Shown one piece after another: positions 55,901 through 64,000 of a stretch of 64,000 nucleotides of DNA (within the stretch, counting starts at the first letter, position 1; each line of letters opens with the position of its first letter). Source of the DNA: Eledone cirrhosa (lineage: Eukaryota); assembly GCA_964016885.1 (NCBI GenBank), contig OZ024741.1, positions 247,752,001 through 247,816,000 on the forward strand. Reading direction: 5' to 3'. The position numbers and the translations under genes are program-made. The notes under the pieces were generated by a model. It worked only from the letters and a program-made list of their open reading frames with translations, was not told the DNA's origin and ran no database searches.

Positions 55901-58900
55901 AAATTATCTCCCCTTGGAAGAATGGAAATTATCACCCCTTGGACGGCTGGAAATTATCTACCCCTGATTTTTTTTACAAATTATCTCCCCCTGATTTTTT
56001 TTACAAATTATCTCCCCCTGATTTTTTTTTACAAATTATCTACCCCTGATTTTTTTTACAAATTATCTCCCCCTGATTTTTTTTACAAATTATCTCCCCC
56101 TGATTTTTTTTTACAAATTATCTACCCCTGATTTTTTTTACAAATTATCTCCCCCTGATTTTTGTTTACAAATTATCTCCCCCTGATTTTTTTACAAATT
56201 ATCTCCCCCTGATTTTTTTTACAATCTCCGCCTGATTTTTTTAAAAATTATCTTCTCTTGGCTGGCTGGAAATTATCTCCCCTTGGACACTGGAAATTAT
56301 AGCCACTTGGAGGGCTGGAAATTATCTTCCCTTGGACGGCTGGAAATTATCTCCCCTTGATTTTTTTTACAAATTATCTCCGCCTGATTTTTTTACAAAT
56401 TATCTCCCCCTGATTTTTTTTACAAATTATCTCCGCCTGATTTTTTTAAATATTATCTTCCCTTGGCTGGCGGGAAATTATCTCCCCTTGGACGGCTGGA
56501 AATTATCTACCCTTGATTTTCTTTTTACAAATTATCTTCCACTGATTTTTTTTACAAATTATCTCCACCTGATTTTTTAAAAAATTATCTCCCCTTGGAA
56601 GGCTGGAAATTATCTCCCCTTGGCTGGAAATTATCTCCCCTTGGACGGCTAGAAATTATCTCTCTTTGGACGGCTGGAAATTATCACCCCTTGAGTTTTT
56701 TACAAATTATCTCCCCCTGATTTTTTTACAAATTATCTCCCCCTGATTTTTTTTACAAATTATCTCCGCCTGATTTTTTTAAATATTATCTTCCCTTGGC
56801 TGGTGGGAAATTATCTCCCCTTGGACGGCTGAAAATTATCTCCCCTTGGACGGCTGGAAATTATCTCCCTTTGATTTTTTTTACAAATTATCTCCCCCTG
56901 ATTTTTTTTTACAAATTATCTCCCCCTGATTTTTTTACAAATTATCTCCCCATGATTTTTTTTTACAAATTATCTCCCCCTGATTTTTTTTACAAATTAT
57001 CTCCCTCTGATTTTTTTACAAATTATCTCCCCTTGGCTGGCTGGAAATTATCTCCCCTTGGACGGCTAGAAATTACCTCTCCTTGGACGGCTGGAAAATA
57101 TGTCTCCTTGGACGGCTGGATATTATCTCCCCTTGGACGGCTGGAAATTATCTCCCCTTGGACGGCTGGAAATTATCTCCCCTTGGACGGATATATATTA
57201 CCTCCCCTTGGACGGCTGGAAATTATCTCCCCTTGATTTTTTTACAAATTATCTCCCCCTGATTTATTTTACAAATCTCCCAATGATTTTTAAAAAAAAA
57301 TTATCTCCCCTTCGCTGGCTGGAAATTATCTCCCCTTGGACGCTGGAAATTATAGCCCCTTGGAGGGCTGGAAATTATCTTCCCTTGGACGGCTGGAAAT
57401 TATCTCCCCTTGATTTTTTTTACAAATTATCTCCCCCTGATTTTTTTTACAAATTATCTCCCCCTGATTTTTTTTACAAATTATCTACCCCTGATTTTTT
57501 TTACAAATTATCGCCCCCTGATTTTTTTTTACAAATTATCTCCCCCTGATTTTTTTTTACAAATTATCTCCCCCTGATTTTTTTACAAATTATCTCCCCC
57601 TGATTTTTTTTACAATCTCCGCCTGATTTTTTTAAAAATTATCTTCTCTTGGCTGGCTGGAAATTATCTCCCCTTGGACATTGGAAATTATAGCCACTTG
57701 GAGGGCTGGAAATTATCTTCCCTTGGACGGCTGGAAATTATCACCCCTTGATTTTTTTTACAAATTATCTCCGCCTGATTTTTTTTTACAAATTATCTCC
57801 CCCTGATTTTTTTTTACAAATTATCTAACCCTGATTTTTTTTACAAATTATCTCCCCGATTTTTTTTACAAATTATCTCCCCCTGATTTCTCTTTTACAA
57901 ATTATCTCCCCCTGATTTTTTTACAAATTATCTCCCCCTGATTTTTTTTACAAATTATCTCCGCCTGATTTTTTTAAATATTATCTTCCCTTGGCTGGCG
58001 GGAAATTATCTCCCCTTGGACGGCTGGAAATTATCTACCCTTGATTTTCTTTTTACAAATTATCTTCCACTGATTTTTTTTACAAATTATCTCCACCTGA
58101 TTTTTTAAAAAATTATCTCCCCTTGGAAGGCTGGAAATTATCTCCCCTTGGCTGGAAATTATCTCCCCTTGGACGGCTAGAAATTATCTCTCTTTGGACG
58201 GCTGGAAATTATCACCCCTTGAGCTTTTTACAAATTATCTCCCCCTGATTTTTTTTACAAATCTCCCTGTGATTTTTTAAAAAAAATTATCTCCCCTTCG
58301 CTGGCTGGAAATTATCTCCCCTTGGACGCTGGAAATTATAGCCCCTTGGAGGGCTGGAAATTATCTTCCCTTGGACGGCTGGAAATTATCTCCCCTTGAT
58401 TTTTTTTACAAATTATCTCCCCCTGATTTTTTTTTACAAATTATCTCCCCCTGATTTTTTTTACAACTTATCTGCGCCTGATTTTTTTTTAAAAATTATC
58501 TCCCCTTGGACGGCTGGAAATTATCTCCCCTTGGACGGCTGGAAATTATCTCTCCTTGGACGGCTAGAATTTACCTCTCCTTGGACGGCTGAAAATTATC
58601 TCCCCTTGGACGGCTGGAAATTATCTCCCCTTGATTTTTTTTACAAATTATCTCCCCCTGATTTTTTTTTACAAATTATCTCCCCCTGATTTTTTTTTAC
58701 AAATTATCTCCCCCTGATTTTTTTTTACAAATTATCTACCCCTGATTTTTTTTTACAAATTATCTCCCCTTGGCTGGCTGGAAATTATCTCCCCTTGGAG
58801 GCTGGAACTTATCTCCCCTTGGACGGCTAGAAATTACCTCTCCTTGGACGGCTGGAAAATATGTCTCCTTGGACGGCTGGATATTATCTCCCCTTGGACG

Positions 58901-61900
58901 GCTGGAAATTATCTCCCCTTGGACGGCTGAAAATTATCTCCCCTTGATTTTTTTTACAAATTATCTCCCCCTGATTTTTTTTTACAAATTATCTCCCCCT
59001 GATTTTTGTTTACAAATTATCTCCGCCTGATTTTTTAAAAAAATTATCTCCCCTTGGACGGCTGGAAATTATCTCCCCTTGGACGGATAGAAATTACCTC
59101 TCCTTGGACGGCTGAAAATTATCTCCCCTTTGACGGCTGGAAATTATCTCCCCTTGATTTTTTTACAAATTATCTCCCCCTGATTTTTTTTTTACAAATT
59201 ATCTCCCCCTGATTTTTTTTTACAAATTATCTACCCCTGATTTTTTTTTACAAATTATCTCCCCCTGATTTTTTTTACAAATTATCTCCCCCTGATTTTT
59301 TTTTACAAATTATCTCCCCCTGATTTTTTTACAAATTATCTCCCCCTGATTTTTTTTACAAATTATCTCCGCCTGATTTTTTTAAATATTATCTCTCCTT
59401 GGCTGGCGGGAAATTATCTCCCCTTGGACGGCTGGAAATTATCTCCCCTTGGAAGGATGGAAATTATCTCCCCTTGGACGGCTGGAAATTATCTACCCCT
59501 GATTTTTTTTACAAATTATCTCCCCCTGATTTTTTTTACAAATTATCTCCCCCTGATTTTTTTTACAAATTATCTACCCCTGATTTTTTTTACAAATTAT
59601 CTCCCCCTGATTTTTTTTACAAATTATCTCCCCCTGATTTTTTTTTTACAAATTATCTCACCCTGATTTTTTTACAAATTATCTCCCCCTGATTTTTTTT
59701 ACAAATTATCTCCGCCTGATTTTTTTAAATATTATCTTCCCTTGGCTGGCTGGAAATTATCTCCCCTTGAAGGGCTGAAAATTATCTCCCCTTGGACGGC
59801 TGGAAATTATCTCCCCTTGATTTTTTTTACAAATTATCTCCCCCTGATTTTTTTTTACAAATTATCTCCCCCTGATTTTTTTTACAAATTATCTCCCCCT
59901 GATTTTTTTTTACAAATTATCTGCCGCTGATTTTTTTTACAAATTATCTCCCCCTGATTTTTTTACAAATTATCTCCCCTTGGCTGGCTGGAAATTACCT
60001 CCCCTTGGAGGCTGGAATTTATCTCCCCTTGGACGGCTAGAAATTACCTCTCCTTGGACGGCTGGAAAATATGTCTCCTTGGACGGCTGGATATTATCTC
60101 CCCTTGGACGGCTGGAAATTATCTCCCCTTGGACGGCTGGAAATTATCTCCCCTTGGACGGATAGATATTACATCCCCTTGGACGGCTGGAAATTATCTC
60201 CCCTTGGACGGCTGGAAATTATCTCCCCATGGACGGCTGGAAATTATCTCCCCTTGGACGGCTAGAAATTATCTCTCCTTGGACGGCTGAAAATTATCTC
60301 CCCTTGGACGGCTGGAAATTATCTCCCGTTGGACGGCTGGAAATTATCTCGCCTTGGACGGCTAGAATTTACCTCTCCTTGGACGGCTGAAAATTATCTC
60401 CCCTTGGACGGCTGGAAATTATCTCCCCTTGATTTTTTTTACAAATTATCTCCCCCTGATTTTTTTTTACAAATTATCTCCCCCTGATTTTTTTTTACAA
60501 ATTATCTCCCCCTGATTTTTTTTTACAAATTATCTCCCCCTGATTTTTTTTACAAATTATCTCCCCCCTGATTTTTTAACAAATTATCTCCCCTTGGCTG
60601 GCTGGAAATTATCTCCCCTTGGAGGCTGGAACTTATCTCCCCTTGGACGGCTAGAAATTACCTCTCCTTGGACGGCTGGAAAATATGTCTCCTTGGACGG
60701 CTGGATATTATCTCCCCTTGGACGGCTGGAAATTATCTCCCCTTGGACGGCTGGAAATTATCTCCCCTTGGATGGCTAGATATTACCTCCCCTTGGACGG
60801 CTGGAAATTATCTCCCTTTGATTTTTTTTACAAATTATCTCCCCCTGATTTTTTTTTACAAATTATCTCCCCCTGATTTTTTTTTACAAATTATCTCCCC
60901 CTGATTTTTGTTTACAAATTATCTCCGCCTGATTTTTTTTTAAAAATTATCTCCCCTTGGACGGCTGGAAATTATCTCCCCTTGGACGGCTAGAAATTAC
61001 CTCTCCTTGGACGGCTGAAAATTATCTCCCCTTGGACGGCTGGAAATTATCTCCCCTTGATTTTTTTACAAATTATCTCCCCCTGATTTTTTTTTTACAA
61101 ATTATCTCCCTCTGATTTTTTTTTACAAATTATCTACCCCTGATTTTTTTTTACAAATTATCTCCCCCTGATTTTTTTTACAAATTATCTCCCCCTGATT
61201 TTTTTTTACAAATTATCTCCCCCTGATTTTTTTACAAATTATCTCCCCCTGATTTTTTTTACAAATTATCTCCGCCTGATTTTTTTAAATATTATCTCTC
61301 CTTGGCTGGCGGGAAATTATCTCCCCTTGGACGGCTGGAAATTATCTCCCCTTGGAAGGATGGAAATTATCTCACCTTGGACGGCTAGAAATTATCTCTC
61401 TTTGGACGGCTGGAAATTATCACCCCTTGAGTTTTTTACAAATTATCTCCCCCTGATTTTTTTTACAAATCTCCCAGTGATTTTTTAAAAAAAATTATCT
61501 CCCCTTCGCTGGCTGGAAATTATCTCCCCTTGGACGCTGGAAATTATAGCACCTTGGAGGGCTGGAAATTATCTTCCCTTGGACGGCTGGAAATTATCTC
61601 CCCTTGATTTTTTTTACAAATTATCTCCCCCTGATTTTTTTTTACAAATTATCTCCCCCTGATTTTTTTTTACAACTTATCTGCGCCTGATTTTTTTAAA
61701 AAAATTATCTCCCCTTGGACGGCTGGAAATTATCTCCCCTTGGACGGCTGGAAATTATCTCTCCTTGGACGGCTAGAATTTACCTCTCCTTGGACGGCTG
61801 AAAATTATCTCCCCTTGGACGGCTGGAAATTATCTCCCCTTGATTTTTTTTACAAATTATCTCCCCCTGATTTTTTTTTACAAATTATCTCCCCCTGATT

Positions 61901-62043
61901 TTTTTTACAAATTATCTCCCCCTGATTTTTTTTTACAAATTATCTCCCCCTGATTTTTTTTACAAATTATCTCCCCCTGATTTTCTTACAAATTATCTCC
62001 CCTTGGCTGGCTGGAAATTATCTCCCCTTGGAGGCTGGAACTT
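49901..62043 (+). repeat. Higher-order macro-unit copy 3 (12,143 bp; least rearranged copy)
   Basis: The marker cassette recurs at 49901 and 62044. It is collinear with copy 1 at offsets 41591, then 38126-38127, then 38331. Confidence 0.85.
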
Positions 62044-64000
62044 ATGTCCCCTTGGACGGCTAGAAATTACCTCTCCTTGGACGGCTGGATGATATGTCTC
62101 CTTGGACGGCTGGATATTATCTCCCCTTGGACGGCTGGAAATTATCTCCCCTTGGACGGCTGGAAATTATCTCCCATTGGATGGCTAGATATTACCTCCC
62201 CTTGGACGGCTGGAAATTATCTCCCCTTGATTTTTTTTACAAATTATCTCCCCCTGATTTTTTTTACAAATTATCTCCCCCTGATTTTTTTTTACAAATT
62301 ATCTCCGCCTGATTTTTTTTTAAATATTATCTTCCCTTGGCTGGCTGGAAATTATCTCCCCTTGGACGGCTAGAAATTACCTCTCCTTGGACGGCTGGAA
62401 ATTATCTCCCCTTGGACGGCTGGAAATTATCTCCCCTTGGACGGATAGATATTACCTCCCCTTGGACGGCTGGAAATTATCTCCCCTTGATTTTTTTACA
62501 AATTATCTCCCCCTGATTTATTTTACAAATCTCCCAATGATTTTTAAAAAAAAATTATCTCCCCTTCGCTGGCTGGAAATTATCTCCCCTTGGACGCTGG
62601 AAATTATCTCCCCTTGGACGGCTGAAAATTATCTCCCCTTGGACGGCTGGAAATTATCTCCCCTTGATTTTTTTTACAAATTATCTCCCCCTGATTTTTT
62701 TTTACAAATTATCTCCGCCTGATTTTTTTTACAAATTATCTCCCCCTGATTTTTTTTTACAAATTATCTCCCCCTGATTTTTTTACAAATTATCTCCCCC
62801 TGATTTTTTTTACAAATTATCTCCGCCTGATTTTTTAAAATATTATCTTCCCTTGGCTGGCGGGAAATTATCTCCCCTTGGACGGCTGGAAATTATCTGC
62901 CCTTGATTTTCTTTTTACAAATTATCTTCCACTGATTTTTTTTACAAATTATCTCCACCTGATTTTTTAAAAAATTATCTCCCCTTGGACGGCTGGAAAT
63001 TATCTCCCCTTGGAAGGCTGGAAATTATCTCTCCTTGGACGGCTAGAATTTACCTCTCCTTGGACGGCTGAAAATTATCTCCCCTTGGACGGCTGGAAAT
63101 TATCTCCCCTTGATTTTTTTTACAAATTATCTCCCCCTGATTTTTTTTTACAAATTATCTCCCCCTGATTTTTTTTTACAAATTATCACCCCCTGATTTT
63201 TTTTTACAAATTATCTCCCCCTGATTTTTTTTACAAATTATCTCCCCCTGATTTTTTTACAAATTATCTCCCCTTGGCTGGCTGGAAATTATCTCCCCTT
63301 GGAGGCTGGAACTTATCTCCCCTTGGACGGCTAGAAATTACCTCTCCTTGGACGGCTGGAAAATATGTCTCCTTGGACGGCTGGATATTATCTCCCCTTG
63401 GACGGCTGGAAATTATCTCCCCTTGGACGGCTGGAAATTATCTCCCCTTGGATGGCTAGATATTACCTCCCCTTGGACGGCTGGAAATTATCTCCCCTTG
63501 ATTTTTTTACAAATTATCTCCCCCTGATTTTTTTTTACAAATTATCTCCCCCTGATTTTTTTTTACAAATTATCTCCCCCTGATTTTTGTTTACAAATTA
63601 TCTCCGCCTGATTTTTTTTTAAAATTATCTCCCCTTGGACGGCTGGAAATTATCTCCCCTTGGACGGCTAGAAATTACCTCTCCTTGGACGGCTGAAAAT
63701 TATCTCCCCTTGGACGGCTGGAAATTATCTCCCCTTGATTTTTTTACAAATTATCTCCCCCTGATTTTTTTTTTACAAATTATCTCCCCCTGATTTTTTT
63801 TTACAAATTATCTACCCCTGATTATTTTTAAAAATTATCTACCCCTGATTTTTTTTACAAATTATCTCCCCCTGATTTTTTTTACAAATTATCTCCCCCT
63901 GATTTTTTCTTTACAAATTATCTCCCCCTGATTTTTTTACAAATTATCTCCCCTTGATTTTTTTTACAACTTATCTGCGCCTGATTTTTTTTAAAAAATT

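Larger units (their letters stand above)
1..64000 (+). repeat. Composite two-monomer tandem satellite array (A: AAATTATCTCCCCTTGGACGGCTGG, 25 bp; B: AAATTATCTCCCCCTGA(T)7-10AC, 26-29 bp); runs off both window ends
   Basis: The core AAATTATCTCCCC or a close variant recurs every 21-30 bp on every line, always in the same orientation. No non-repeat sequence was seen. Consensus A is ~52% GC and B ~30% GC. Confidence 0.99.

Noticed and set aside
14-63583. The many 60-155 aa plus-strand ORFs (WKLSPLGRLEIISPWTAGNYLPLDG / DFFYKLSPP repeats)
   Set aside because: Monomer A has no stop codon and its 25-bp length cycles through all frames, so ORFs arise automatically. They overlap in different frames, mostly start at TTG and end at the TGA of B. 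The minus strand has TAA in nearly every monomer. There is no coding evidence.
1-64000. CRISPR-like constant repeat plus variable spacer
   Set aside because: The core is only 16 bp, the spacers are 9-13 bp and of just two types rather than unique, and there are no cas genes or leader.
1-64000. Telomerase-type telomeric repeat (G-rich strand, 25-bp unit as in some yeasts)
   Set aside because: It matches no telomere motif I recognise. Kb-scale faithful copying of variant order indicates recombinational amplification, not template-directed addition.
1-64000. Calling the array centromeric, or assigning an organism or satellite family
   Set aside because: Sequence alone cannot show this. It needs CENH3 mapping, genomic context and database searches I cannot run.
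1-64000. Pure assembly or sequencing artefact, or synthetic concatemer
   Set aside because: Nested, shared and private variants form a coherent duplication history and a divergence gradient. Individual duplications still need read validation.

Overview
The whole 64 kb is one uninterrupted, head-to-tail satellite DNA array of roughly 2,400 monomers (estimated as length divided by ~26 bp), most likely eukaryotic heterochromatin. I cannot assign the organism or a named family. I saw no genes, RNA genes, transposon insertions, inversions or unique sequence, and the listed ORFs are translation artefacts of the repeat. The array is built from a 16-bp core AAATTATCTCCCC(C/T)TG joined by one of two linkers: GC-rich GACGGCTGG (monomer A, 25 bp) or AT-rich A(T)7-10AC (monomer B, 26-29 bp). 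A-runs and B-runs alternate about every 250 bp, with stereotyped junction monomers. These blocks form a ~12-kb macro-unit whose copies have been edited by tandem duplications (1.6 kb, 3.5 kb), deletions (2.07 kb, 205 bp, ~140 bp, 50 bp) and a long-range duplication (offset 38-41.6 kb). A more diverged island at ~41.5-49.2 kb interrupts the homogeneous array. Offsets come from subtracting coordinates of identical ORFs and diagnostic variants by eye, so breakpoints are approximate (about one monomer or more).
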